A DNA stretch of 41,333 nucleotides from the NCBI GenBank assembly GCA_044375965.1, contig JBILLR010000001.1, forward strand, positions 1 through 41,333, in the 5' to 3' direction. The notes beneath the pieces are model-generated. The model made no database searches. It saw nothing but the letters and a program-made list of their open reading frames with translations, and was not told the DNA's origin. This DNA comes from Opitutales bacterium. Lineage in GTDB: Bacteria > Verrucomicrobiota > Verrucomicrobiia > Opitutales > UBA953. Below, piece by piece: positions 10,736 to 20,478 of this stretch; position 1 is the first letter of the stretch; the number at the start of each line of letters is the position of its first letter. A program made the translations under genes and the position numbers.

Positions 10736-12226
10736 ATGAGCTCCGCCCGCCTCCCGGTCCTTTCGTGCGCCGAAGCCGCCGCGGCCGAAGCAGCGTTCAT
10801 CGGCGGCGATACGAAGCTGTCGTGGGAGCTGATGAACCGCGCGGCCCGCGGCGTCGGCGACGAGGCGCTCGCCCTGCTCGGACGCAAGGCGGAGCGCATC
10901 CTGGTCCTCGCCGGCAAGGGCAACAACGGAGCCGACGCTTTCCTCGCCGCGTTGCACTGCGCGCGCCCAGGCACGGAGATCGTCGCGGTCTTCCCGGAGG
11001 GCGGCCCTTCCCGCCCGCAGGCCCAGCGCGCGTGGTCCGTCCGTAAGAAAGGCGTCCGCATCGGCATCGTCGCCGCGGCCAACCTCCGCCAGCTGGCGGC
11101 GCACGAGTTCGACCTGATCTTCGACGGCATCCTCGGACAGGGCTTCCGCTCGCCCCTCTCGGCCGAGCTCCGCGCCTTCCTCCGCGTCTCTGACTCGCTC
11201 CGCGGCCTGCGCGTCGCGATCGACCTGCCCAGCGGCCTGGGTGACGATGCGACGGGGCCTTCCTTCCGCGCCGACCTCACGGTGTCCATCGGCTGCCTGA
11301 AGCGTCCTTTGCTTTCCCTAAAAGCCGCTCCGTTCGTCGGCCGCCTCCGGGTCCTCGACATCGGCCTGCCGCTCGGTGAGACCGAAGAGGCGTGCGTGAC
11401 CGCGGCTTCCCTCGCCACGCTTCGCAAGCCACGGCGTGCGCGCAGCGACAAGCGTCACCAGGGTCGTGTCCTCATCATCGGCGGCTCCGATCACATGCCT
11501 GGGGCCGTGCTGATGAACACCGCGGCGGCGCTCCGGTCCGGCACGGCGCTGGTCACGACCTGCCTGCCGGAATCCGTCCGCGCGAAAGCCGCCGTCGCCT
11601 ATCCCGAAGCGATGTGGCGCGGGATGCGCGCCGGCAAGGACGGCACGCTGGCGGCCGTGAACCTGAAGGAAATCCGTCGGCTGCTCACAGCCAAGGACGC
11701 GATCCTGCTCGGCTCAGGCATGGGTGAGAAGGCCGCCGGACTTATCCGCGTGGTCGCTTCGGCCGTGACGGGCGCGCTCGTGCTCGACGCCGATGCTCTC
11801 CGTCCGACGGTGATCGTCGCCGCGAAGAAGGCGTCCGTCCGCGTGCTCCTCCCGCACGCCGGCGAATTCAAACGCCTGAGCGGACGGACGGCCTCCGTCG
11901 CGACCGCCCGCGCCTACGCTCGCCGGACGAAGAGCATCGTCGTGCTGAAAGGCCCGCGGACCTGCGTCACCGACGGACTGCGCGTGCTCCACATTCCCTT
12001 CGGCGGACCAGTGCTCGCCCGCGGCGGTTCAGGCGACCTGCTCGCCGGCATCGTCGCGTCGGTCCTGGGGCGCCGCCACGAGCTCGCGCTTTCGGCCTTT
12101 GATGCGGTGGTGCTGGCCGCGACCTGGCATGCGCGCGCCGCTGACTGGCTGAGGGATAACCAGGGGGAAGAAGCGGTGAGAACCACCGAGCTTCTGGCTG
12201 GGTTGTCACCGGTCTTGCGCGACTGA
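10736..12226 (+). CDS. nnr: bifunctional NAD(P)H-hydrate repair enzyme (epimerase / ADP-dependent dehydratase)
   Basis: N-terminal YjeF_N motif 'VLAGKGNNGADAF'. C-terminal carbohydrate-kinase-like domain with 'RVLIIGGSDHMPGAVLM' and 'GGSGDLLAGIVAS'. Confidence 0.9.
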   Translation: MSSARLPVLSCAEAAAAEAAFIGGDTKLSWELMNRAARGVGDEALALLGRKAERILVLAGKGNNGADAFLAALHCARPGTEIVAVFPEGGPSRPQAQRAWSVRKKGVRIGIVAAANLRQLAAHEFDLIFDGILGQGFRSPLSAELRAFLRVSDSLRGLRVAIDLPSGLGDDATGPSFRADLTVSIGCLKRPLLSLKAAPFVGRLRVLDIGLPLGETEEACVTAASLATLRKPRRARSDKRHQGRVLIIGGSDHMPGAVLMNTAAALRSGTALVTTCLPESVRAKAAVAYPEAMWRGMRAGKDGTLAAVNLKEIRRLLTAKDAILLGSGMGEKAAGLIRVVASAVTGALVLDADALRPTVIVAAKKASVRVLLPHAGEFKRLSGRTASVATARAYARRTKSIVVLKGPRTCVTDGLRVLHIPFGGPVLARGGSGDLLAGIVASVLGRRHELALSAFDAVVLAATWHARAADWLRDNQGEEAVRTTELLAGLSPVLRD

Positions 12227-12248
12227 CCCGGCCACGCTGGCTGGCGGG

Positions 12249-13334
12249 ATGCAGCCGATCCCGACCGACCCGCTCGCGCAACGCGTCCTGCTCAACGGCC
12301 TCAAAGGCATCGGGCCGGTCACGGTGCGACGGCTGCGCGAGGCCTTCGGCGGCGACCTCTCCGTGGCGCTCGGGGCGCCGGCTGACCATCTCGCCAAGGT
12401 GGCAGGCATCAGCCGGCCGGTCGCCGCGGCGATCGCCGCGCGCGATTTCGACTGGGCCAAGGAGATGGGGCGCGTCCGGGACCTCGGCTTCCGCCTGCTC
12501 AGCGAGCACGACGAGGCGTGGCCCGTGCCGCTGGCGCGCCTCTGGGATCCGCCGCTCGTGCTCTACGCCGAAGGCGGGAACTTCCCGACCGAGCGCGCGG
12601 TCGGCATCATCGGCTCCCGGCACTGCACGACCTACGGGGCTTCGCTGGCGCGGTCGTTCGCCCGCGACCTCGCGCAGCAGGGCTGGTGGATCGTCAGCGG
12701 CCTGGCCCGTGGCATCGACACCGCGGCGCACGAAGGGGCGCTGGACGTCTCCGGACGTACCGCCGCGGTCGTGGGTCATGGTCTCGACCTCACCTTCCCG
12801 CCGGAAGCGGTGCGCCTCCGCGCGCGGATGAAGGCCGACGGCTGCGTGCTCTCCGAATTCCCGCTCGGCCGGCCGGCGGACCGGCAGACGTTCCCGCAAC
12901 GCAACCGCATCGTCGCGGGTCTCGTGCGCGTGATGGTCGTGGTCGAGACCGACGTCGACGGCGGCAGCATGATCACCGCGCGCTTCGCCGGCGACCTCGG
13001 CCGGACGCTCTGCGCGGTGCCGGGCCGTGCGGATAGCCCCGCGAGCCGCGGCTGCCATGCGCTCATCCGCGACGGCGCCACGCTCGTGGCTTCGGTCGAC
13101 GACATCCTCACGGAACTCGGCGAAAGCCGCGGTCAGCCCGCCTTGGCCTTGGTCGCCGACCCGCCGGAGTTCGCCCGTTGGCTGCCGCACTTCGCCGGCG
13201 GAGCGGCGCACGACGCCGAAAGCCTGGCCGCGCTCGCGGACTGCGGCGTCGCCGAGGCCGCGGTGAGCCTGACGATGATGGAGATCCGCGGCGTGCTGAC
13301 GCGTCGGCCGGACGGCCGCCATGAACGCGCCTGA
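12249..13334 (+). CDS. dprA: DNA processing protein DprA (Smf)
   Basis: Typical DprA motifs: 'GIIGSRHCTTYG', 'VSGLARGIDTAAHEGAL', 'FPQRNRIVAGL', 'GGSMITARFA' and 'PGRADSPASRGCHALIRDGA'. Confidence 0.9.
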   Translation: MQPIPTDPLAQRVLLNGLKGIGPVTVRRLREAFGGDLSVALGAPADHLAKVAGISRPVAAAIAARDFDWAKEMGRVRDLGFRLLSEHDEAWPVPLARLWDPPLVLYAEGGNFPTERAVGIIGSRHCTTYGASLARSFARDLAQQGWWIVSGLARGIDTAAHEGALDVSGRTAAVVGHGLDLTFPPEAVRLRARMKADGCVLSEFPLGRPADRQTFPQRNRIVAGLVRVMVVVETDVDGGSMITARFAGDLGRTLCAVPGRADSPASRGCHALIRDGATLVASVDDILTELGESRGQPALALVADPPEFARWLPHFAGGAAHDAESLAALADCGVAEAAVSLTMMEIRGVLTRRPDGRHERA

Positions 13335-13335
13335 C

Positions 13336-14040
13336 TCAGCGTGGCGGGAGATTGCCCTGATTCGCCGGCACCGGCGCGGTCAGCGGATTACCCATCATGT
13401 AGTCGAGCACGGCCTTCGGCTTGGCGAAACAGTCGCGCAGGCAACCCATCACCGACCTCCAGCCTTCGCCGAAGGCGGCGGGATACGCCGTCGAGCGCAG
13501 ACCGACGCGGTCGGCCTGCCAGAGGGCGCGCACGCAGTGCCAGCCTTGCGACACGAATACGATCTCATCCTCGGGATAATACGCCTTGGCCCGCAGAACG
13601 GAATCCAAGGTGCGCCAGCCGTAAGGGTCTTCGACGATCGGACAGGTCACGCCCGCCTTGCGCAACCTTTCGGCCATCGCACGCGCATGGACGTCGGTGC
13701 CGGAAGTCACGATGAGCCTCACCCGTCCGGAACGCGCGAGCTCCGCCGCGGCGGCGATGCGCGGACGGAAGGTCCCGGAATGCTCCGTCGTGCCATGGAC
13801 GAACTCGTCGGTACCGAGCAGGACGAGCACCGCCTGACCGGAGACGTCGTCAGGCGTGGCCGCGAAACGGCCCCAACCCGCCGACCAGACCCAAGCGTTG
13901 GTGGCGACGAGGATCAAGGCCAGGAGGGCGATGACCACCCCCACCCCTCGTTTGAGCCAGGCAGACATAAAACGAAGGATTGCCTCCGGATTGCCCTTGG
14001 CAAGGGGCCTATCCGGGTCGGTTTGCCTAAATTTAGGCAT
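13336..14040 (-). CDS. SanA/YdcF-family (DUF218) membrane-anchored protein
   Basis: N-terminal TM segment. 'GWRTLDSVLRAKAYY...IVFVSQGWHCVRALWQA' parallels E. coli SanA 'GFRTLDSIVRTRKVF...IIITQRFHCERALFIA'. The ATG at 14040 is preferred over the TTG at 14043 used in the ORF track. Confidence 0.75.
   Translation of the reverse strand: MPKFRQTDPDRPLAKGNPEAILRFMSAWLKRGVGVVIALLALILVATNAWVWSAGWGRFAATPDDVSGQAVLVLLGTDEFVHGTTEHSGTFRPRIAAAAELARSGRVRLIVTSGTDVHARAMAERLRKAGVTCPIVEDPYGWRTLDSVLRAKAYYPEDEIVFVSQGWHCVRALWQADRVGLRSTAYPAAFGEGWRSVMGCLRDCFAKPKAVLDYMMGNPLTAPVPANQGNLPPR
14024..14039. promoter_or_regulatory. perfect 16-bp palindrome TGCCTAAATTTAGGCA (candidate operator or enhancer site)
   Basis: The sequence is exactly self-complementary. 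It lies in the only AT-rich patch of this region, overlaps the first codons of the SanA-like gene, and sits roughly 85-90 bp upstream of the predicted sigma-54 start site. Confidence 0.35.
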
Positions 14041-14092
14041 CAATAGGTTGCCGAAAGCCCGTATTAGGTCATTTTAGGAAAACATCATCCAA

Positions 14093-14107
14093 TGGCACGG
14101 ATTCTGC
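14093..14107 (+). promoter_or_regulatory. candidate sigma-54 (-24/-12) promoter TGGCACG-GATT-CTGC
   Basis: Matches the TGGCACG-N4-TTGC consensus at 10 of 11 core positions, with the invariant GG and GC correctly spaced. It is intergenic, 16 nt upstream of the ATG of a sigma-54-dependent activator gene. Confidence 0.45.
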
Positions 14108-14122
14108 CTACTTTTACTCATC

Positions 14123-15613
<1,491 letters not shown>

Positions 15614-15657
15614 TCTTTGCCAGCCGGCGGGAAAAGCATTGTTTGGTGGCTCACCCC

Positions 15658-16308
15658 ATGAGCACCACCTCCCCCCTCCGCACCACGCTGCTGGCCACGG
15701 CCGCGTTCTTCCTGAGCTCGTACGCCGCCTTCGCGGGCGAAACGATCCAGATGTTCGACGGCAAGTCCCTCGCCGGCTGGAAAGCTTCGACCACCGCCCC
15801 CGAAGGCACCTACAAGGTCGTCGACGGCGTCCTCGAAGTCCGCGGCGGCAAGGCCGACCACCTCTTCTACGTCGGCGCCGACGGCCAGGCCTCTTTCACG
15901 AACTTCGACTTCAAGGCGAAGGTGAAGACCTACGACAAGGCCAATTCTGGCATTTACTTCCACACCCAATATCAGGCCGAGAAGTGGCCGAACCTAGGCT
16001 ATGAATGTCAGGTAAACGCGACCCACGGTGATAAGAAGAAAACCGGCGGCCTTTACGCCGTCCGCGACGTGATGGACACGCCGGCCGCCCCGGACAACGA
16101 GTGGTTCGACTATCGCATCCGCGTGGAAGGCAAGCGCATCCAGATCTGGATCAACGGCAAGCAGACCGTCGACTTCACCCAGCCCGAAGACTGGACTCCG
16201 CCCAAAGGCATGCCCGGCCGCAAGCTAGGCTCCGGCACCTTCGCCATCCAGGCCCACGACCCGGGCTGCAAGGTCGACTACAAGGACCTCGTCGTCGAGC
16301 GCCTCTGA
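15658..16308 (+). CDS. secreted DUF1080 (3-keto-disaccharide hydrolase-like) domain protein
   Basis: Signal peptide 'LLATAAFFLSSYAAFAG'. Typical DUF1080 jelly-roll strings are 'FDGKSLAGWK', 'NFDFKAKV', 'NSGIYFH', 'GYECQV', 'NEWFDYRIRVEGKRIQIWINGK' and 'GTFAIQAHD'. The ATG at 15658 is preferred over the track's TTG at 15643. Confidence 0.8.
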   Translation: MSTTSPLRTTLLATAAFFLSSYAAFAGETIQMFDGKSLAGWKASTTAPEGTYKVVDGVLEVRGGKADHLFYVGADGQASFTNFDFKAKVKTYDKANSGIYFHTQYQAEKWPNLGYECQVNATHGDKKKTGGLYAVRDVMDTPAAPDNEWFDYRIRVEGKRIQIWINGKQTVDFTQPEDWTPPKGMPGRKLGSGTFAIQAHDPGCKVDYKDLVVERL

Positions 16309-16330
16309 GCGGACGGACGATGAAAGCGAA

Positions 16331-16357
16331 AGGCGGACCGCACGGTCCGCCTTTTTT
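16331..16357. terminator. intrinsic terminator hairpin between convergent genes
   Basis: Stem GGCGGACC/GGTCCGCC with a 4-nt loop, followed by TTTTTT on the plus strand. It lies between the DUF1080 stop (16308) and the minus-strand stop (16369). Confidence 0.7.
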
Positions 16358-16368
16358 GCGCCTACGCT

Positions 16369-17241
16369 TCAGGCGAGCGCGCGCTCGAGTTCGGCGATAA
16401 GCCGCGCCCGCACGGGCTCGGCCAGAGCCGACAACCGCCGCTGCTCCTGCTCATACTCGACGCGGCCTTCCGCCGTCTCGATCGTGACAGGCTTGAGGCC
16501 GATCGCGGAGAAGTCGTAAGGGCTGGCACGCATGTCGACCGACCGGGCGACGTGCGCGAGTTCGAACGCATCCGCGGCGAGCTCGACCGAGACCCATGGC
16601 TGCGCCTTCATCGCCCACTTGAAGAGATCCATCGTGACGTGCACGCAACCGGGCTGCTCGTTCTCGACCCGCGCCTCGAGCGTCGGCGCGAGCTTGTTGA
16701 GCGGCCGGGCGCCCGGCGTGAAGAAACGGAAGGCGTCGTGATGCGTGCAGCGCACGGGCAGCGCCCGCACGACGGCGTCGGTGCCCTCCGCGCCGAGCCG
16801 GAGCGGCCACGCGGCATGGCGGCGCTGTTCGGCTTCCCCGTAGACCATCGCCCATTCGTGGAGTCCGAAGCAGGCATGGAACGCGGGGCGCGCCGCGACG
16901 GCCCGGCAGAGCTTGAGGCTGAAGGCCAGCCGTCCGGCCTGCGCGACGTCCGGCAAGGCGACGCGCACGAGCCCGTCGGTCCCGCGGATAAAACGGCGGC
17001 CGTCGGCGAGTTCGTCCGCATCGGCCAGCGCGACGCCGGCGCCCGGCGTCCAGCGACGCAACGCGGCCAAGCGGTAGGGATAATAAGTGAAGAGGAAGTC
17101 TTCGACGGGGTCGGACACGCCTTTCCGCGCGCGCTCGCGGCGCGCGTCGACGAGCCGGTCCGCGCGGGCCTCATGCGCGGCGCGCCGGGCGCGCCATTCC
17201 GCCCCCCCCAGCGTGACCTGACTGGCGGCGACGACGTTCAA
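16369..17241 (-). CDS. conserved hypothetical protein (family I recall being annotated as '3-methyladenine DNA glycosylase'-like; function unverified)
   Basis: The conserved-looking core has 'DPVEDFLFTYYPYR', 'GLHEWAMVY', 'CTHHDAFRFF' and 'VHVTMDLFKWA'. There is no ATG or GTG upstream of the core. The only plausible start is the TTG at 17241, overlapping the upstream TGA (TTGA), which gives 290 aa. The Arg-rich extension of the ORF to 17469 overlaps the upstream gene. Confidence 0.55.
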   Translation of the reverse strand: MNVVAASQVTLGGAEWRARRAAHEARADRLVDARRERARKGVSDPVEDFLFTYYPYRLAALRRWTPGAGVALADADELADGRRFIRGTDGLVRVALPDVAQAGRLAFSLKLCRAVAARPAFHACFGLHEWAMVYGEAEQRRHAAWPLRLGAEGTDAVVRALPVRCTHHDAFRFFTPGARPLNKLAPTLEARVENEQPGCVHVTMDLFKWAMKAQPWVSVELAADAFELAHVARSVDMRASPYDFSAIGLKPVTIETAEGRVEYEQEQRRLSALAEPVRARLIAELERALA

Positions 17242-17813
17242 TCGAAGCGGCGATGATGCGCGGCGACCTTGATGTATTTCTCGGCCCAGCCAGGCAGGGC
17301 CGCCTGTTCGTCGGCGGTCAGGGCGCGCACGACCTTGGCCGGCGAACCCATGACGAGCGAGCCGGGCGGGACCTGCGCGCCCTTGGTGACGAGCGCGTTG
17401 GCGCCCACGATCGAACGCGCGCCGATGACCGCGCCGTCGAGGATGGTGGCGTGCATGCCGATGAGGCACTCGTCGCCGATGACGCAGGCGTGGATCATCG
17501 CGAGATGGCCGACGGTCACGCGCGCGCCGACCTTGGCCGGCAGGCCGTCGGCGACATGCAACACGGCGCCGTCCTGGATGTTGCTGCCTTCGCCGACCTC
17601 GATCGGGGCGATATCACCGCGGAGCACGGCGCAGGGCCAGATGCTGGCCTTGGGGCCGACGATGACGTTGCCGATGACGACCGCCTTGGCGTGGACGTAG
17701 GCCGAAGCATGAATCGTGGGACCGAGAGACAGGTTACGGGTCAGCTCCTTGGAAAGCGCCTCATCGGGGCTCGGGACCTCCTCGAACTGTCCGTTTTGGT
17801 AAAAAGGGTTCAT
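17238..17813 (-). CDS. gamma-carbonic-anhydrase-like left-handed beta-helix protein (YrdA/PaaY-like)
   Basis: Hexapeptide repeats with 'IWPCAVLRGD', 'NIQDGAVLH', 'VTVGHLAMIHAC' and 'LVMGSPAKVVRALT', closely parallel to E. coli YrdA. The start is either ATG 17813 or GTG 17831. Confidence 0.85.
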   Translation of the reverse strand: MNPFYQNGQFEEVPSPDEALSKELTRNLSLGPTIHASAYVHAKAVVIGNVIVGPKASIWPCAVLRGDIAPIEVGEGSNIQDGAVLHVADGLPAKVGARVTVGHLAMIHACVIGDECLIGMHATILDGAVIGARSIVGANALVTKGAQVPPGSLVMGSPAKVVRALTADEQAALPGWAEKYIKVAAHHRRFD

Positions 17814-17899
17814 CCAGTGAGAATTAAGCACCTCCCTCTGCCAGGAAAGGCCTAACCGCCCCGACCACCCCCCTTTGGCCAGATTTAACCCGAAAAACG

Positions 17900-17931
17900 C
17901 CCACCCCTGCCCCTCCCCCTACCCCTCCCCC
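17900..17931 (-). repeat. G-quadruplex-type G-run array (C-rich on plus strand)
   Basis: The minus strand reads GGGGGAGGGGTAGGGGGAGGGGCAGGGGTGGG: six G-runs of 3-5 nt with 1-2 nt loops. It lies in the divergent intergenic region between the LbH gene and rplU. Confidence 0.8.
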
Positions 17932-17996
17932 TAATCTACAGACAATTCCCCTTGCCAACCCCCCTCGAGTCCGTTTGCTCCGACCTTCCGACAGCC

Positions 17997-18311
17997 ATGA
18001 AGGCCACATTTATCACCTCCGGTCGCCAATTCACCGTCACTCAGGGCGACATCCTCATCGTCAACCAGTATCCTGGTAAGAACGAGGGCGACGTCCTCAC
18101 CTTCGACCAGGTCCTCCTGGTCGGCGAAGGCGCCTCCGCCAAGATCGGCACCCCGACCGTCGCCGGCGCGAAGGTCACCGCCAAGATCCTTGAGAACAAG
18201 CGCGGCGAGAAGATCGACATCTTCAAGCACCGCCGCCGTAAGGGCTACTACCGCCGTCGCGGCCACCGCCAGGAACTGTCGGTGATCAAGGTCGAGTCCA
18301 TCTCTGCTTAA
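17997..18311 (+). CDS. rplU: 50S ribosomal protein L21
   Basis: ATG at 17997. '[22 protein letters not shown]...VLLVGEG...[42 protein letters not shown]' is the typical L21 sequence. Confidence 0.95.
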   Translation: MKATFITSGRQFTVTQGDILIVNQYPGKNEGDVLTFDQVLLVGEGASAKIGTPTVAGAKVTAKILENKRGEKIDIFKHRRRKGYYRRRGHRQELSVIKVESISA

Positions 18312-18330
18312 CCCTTAACGTCCTCCCACC

Positions 18331-18600
18331 ATGGCAACAAAGAAAGGCGGCGGCACTTCCTCCAACGGCCGCGACTCCACCTCCAAGCGCCTCGGCGTGA
18401 AGCTTTACGGCGGCGAATTCGCCACCGCCGGTTCGATCCTCATCCGTCAGCGCGGCACCCGCATGAATGCCGGCCGCAACGTCGGCATGGGCCGCGACCA
18501 CACCCTCTTCGCCAAGGCTGACGGCATCGTCCGCTGGGACGCCGAGCACCGTAAGGTCGAGATCGTGCCGACGACCTCCACCGCCTGCGCGATCAAGTAA
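18331..18600 (+). CDS. rpmA: 50S ribosomal protein L27
   Basis: '[61 protein letters not shown]' is canonical L27. It starts 19 nt after rplU. Confidence 0.95.
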   Translation: MATKKGGGTSSNGRDSTSKRLGVKLYGGEFATAGSILIRQRGTRMNAGRNVGMGRDHTLFAKADGIVRWDAEHRKVEIVPTTSTACAIK

Positions 18601-18620
18601 GCTGCTCCGGCAGCCTTCCG

Positions 18621-18653
18621 AGAAGCCGACCACAAGGTCGGCTTCTTTGTTTT
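18621..18653 (+). terminator. intrinsic terminator of rplU-rpmA
   Basis: 11-bp stem AGAAGCCGACC/GGTCGGCTTCT with loop ACAA, followed by TTGTTTT. Confidence 0.8.
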
Positions 18654-18720
18654 ACGGACAGACCGACGACGCCCCCGCCCCGGGAGCGTCCCGCGGAAAG
18701 ATGTCGACCGTCGGGACGGA

Positions 18721-18984
18721 CTAGACGGCGCGACGGCGGAGCATCTCCAGGGTCGAACGGAAGAGCGATCGGGTGGAATCGGCGTACACGGGGTCGTGCA
18801 CGACGTAGTCGCAGACGCGTTCGATCGCCTGAGGATACGTCCCGCAGTCGCGTAGTTCAAAAGCGAGCAGCTGGAGTTTCTCAAGCGACTGATGAATCAC
18901 GTCGGCGTCGGCTTCTTCGCGGAAACCGTATTCCGGGTCTTCTTCCGTCTCCCGGCGAAGGGTGATGGCGTGGGTGAGGTGCAT
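18721..18984 (-). CDS. hypothetical small acidic protein (87 aa)
   Basis: ATG-initiated ORF with genome-typical G/C third positions, 93 nt downstream of the MATE gene on the same strand. I see no recognisable motif. Confidence 0.4.
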   Translation of the reverse strand: MHLTHAITLRRETEEDPEYGFREEADADVIHQSLEKLQLLAFELRDCGTYPQAIERVCDYVVHDPVYADSTRSLFRSTLEMLRRRAV

Positions 18985-19077
18985 CGGGGTGCGACCTCAA
19001 GGGTAACCAGGGGGCACGCCTCGCAAGGCCGGGCATGTTAAGTTCTTTCGACCGAAAAGTGTCGGCGAGGTGACGCC

Positions 19078-20442
19078 TCAGGCGTCCACGTCGGTCTGGG
19101 CGGAGCGTCGGAACTTCCAGCCCATCACCAGCGAGACCAGGATGAGGCCCGTCGCCAAGGCGATCCAGATGCCCGCGGCGCCCAGGCCCCAGCGTCCGAC
19201 GGGCAGGCCGAAGAGTCGGAAGCCGGCCGGGAAAGCCAGGGCCAGCGCCAGCGGCAGGCAAAAGAGCCAGTAGACGATGAAGACGCTCCACGATGCCCAT
19301 GCGGCCCGGTTGACCGAGCGCAGCAGGTAAGCCGCCACGACCTGCACGCCGTCGAAGGGCGCCCAGATGGCCGCGAAGATGAGCAGGCTCGAGGCCAGCG
19401 CGGCGGTCTCGGTCCCGGCCACGCCATACGTGTCCATGAGCAACGGCCGCAGGAGGATCATGGCGAGTCCGTAAGCCCCCATCATGACGCCGCCGAGGAT
19501 CATGGCGCCGAGACCGACGGCCTGTACCTTGCGCGCATCCTTGGCTCCATAAGCCTCGCCGACGCGGATGCCCGCGGCGATGCCGAGTCCGAGCGGAAGC
19601 ATGAACGCGGCGGAGGCGGTGCTGATGGCGACCTGGTGCGCGGCCTGCGCGGTGGCGTTGATCCAGCCCGCCATGACCGGCACGACCGCGAAGATGCCGA
19701 CTTCGCTGAGGCTATGCAGCCCCGCCGGCCAGCCGGTGGCGAGCAGGCGACGGAAGACGGCCATCTGCAGTCCGTCCGCCCAGCGCACCTCACCACGGCC
19801 CGGCGTAAGCCAGAGGCCGATGAGCATCAGGATGCGGGAGACGAGCGTGGCCCAGCCGGCTCCCGCGAGACCCAAGGCCGGAAAGCCCCAGTTCCCGAAC
19901 ATCCACAGCCAGTTGAAGAAGACGTTGGCGAGGATGCCAGCCGCCAGCCAGGCCAGCGAGATCCACGGCTGATGCTGCGAATCGCGATGCCCGCGCAGCG
20001 CATGGAAGGCCAGGCCGGGCACCATCGCCCAGGCCATGATGACGAAGAAGTCATGCGTCTCGGCGGTGACCTGGGGCGAGGAACCGAGCAGCGGCAGGAA
20101 GCGTGCCGCCCAATGGGTGAGCCCGGCGGTGACCACGCCCAGCACGAGCGCGAGCGCCATGCCGTGCCTCAGGATGGCAGGCGAAGATTCCGCGACGCCG
20201 GCGCCGTTGTCTTGCGACTGATAGACCGCGATGGCTCCGACCACGCCGATGCCGAAGACGTAAGGGATGTAGTTGAGGTTCGAGGCCAGGGCCGACGCCG
20301 CGAGCGCGGTCTCGCCGAGGTGACCCGCCATGGCGACGTCCACGACGAACATGAGTCCGTAGCCGAGCATCCCGAGCATGATCGGGACGGCCAGCTTAAG
20401 CGTGGGTCCGAGTTCCGAGCGGATGGAAGGGGCGGCGGCCAA
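19078..20442 (-). CDS. MATE-family multidrug/metabolite efflux transporter
   Basis: 454 aa with about 12 TM segments. The N-terminus 'LKLAVPIMLGMLGYGLMFVVDVAMAGHLGETALAASALA' is typical of NorM/DinF-type MATE proteins. The only available start is the TTG at 20442. Confidence 0.85.
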   Translation of the reverse strand: MAAAPSIRSELGPTLKLAVPIMLGMLGYGLMFVVDVAMAGHLGETALAASALASNLNYIPYVFGIGVVGAIAVYQSQDNGAGVAESSPAILRHGMALALVLGVVTAGLTHWAARFLPLLGSSPQVTAETHDFFVIMAWAMVPGLAFHALRGHRDSQHQPWISLAWLAAGILANVFFNWLWMFGNWGFPALGLAGAGWATLVSRILMLIGLWLTPGRGEVRWADGLQMAVFRRLLATGWPAGLHSLSEVGIFAVVPVMAGWINATAQAAHQVAISTASAAFMLPLGLGIAAGIRVGEAYGAKDARKVQAVGLGAMILGGVMMGAYGLAMILLRPLLMDTYGVAGTETAALASSLLIFAAIWAPFDGVQVVAAYLLRSVNRAAWASWSVFIVYWLFCLPLALALAFPAGFRLFGLPVGRWGLGAAGIWIALATGLILVSLVMGWKFRRSAQTDVDA

Positions 20443-20478
20443 GCCCCCAAGAGGAAAGGATTACCCTTCCGTTGCGAG

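Noticed and set aside
11967-13322. 451-aa minus-strand ORF antisense to dprA and the nnr 3' end; similar cases at 14114..15250, 30496..31893, 32167..33249, 3904..5199 and 25922..26863
   Set aside because: Each one overlaps a plus-strand gene with strong family motifs. Their translations are Arg/Gly/Ala/Asp-rich without recognisable domains.
13321-14046. 241-aa plus-strand ORF antisense to the SanA-like gene
   Set aside because: No motifs, and the minus frame aligns convincingly to the SanA conserved core.
17997-18011. Identical N-terminal pentapeptide MKATF in L21 and in the beta-propeller protein (21960 downward)
   Set aside because: This is a five-residue coincidence. The nucleotide sequences and downstream proteins are unrelated.
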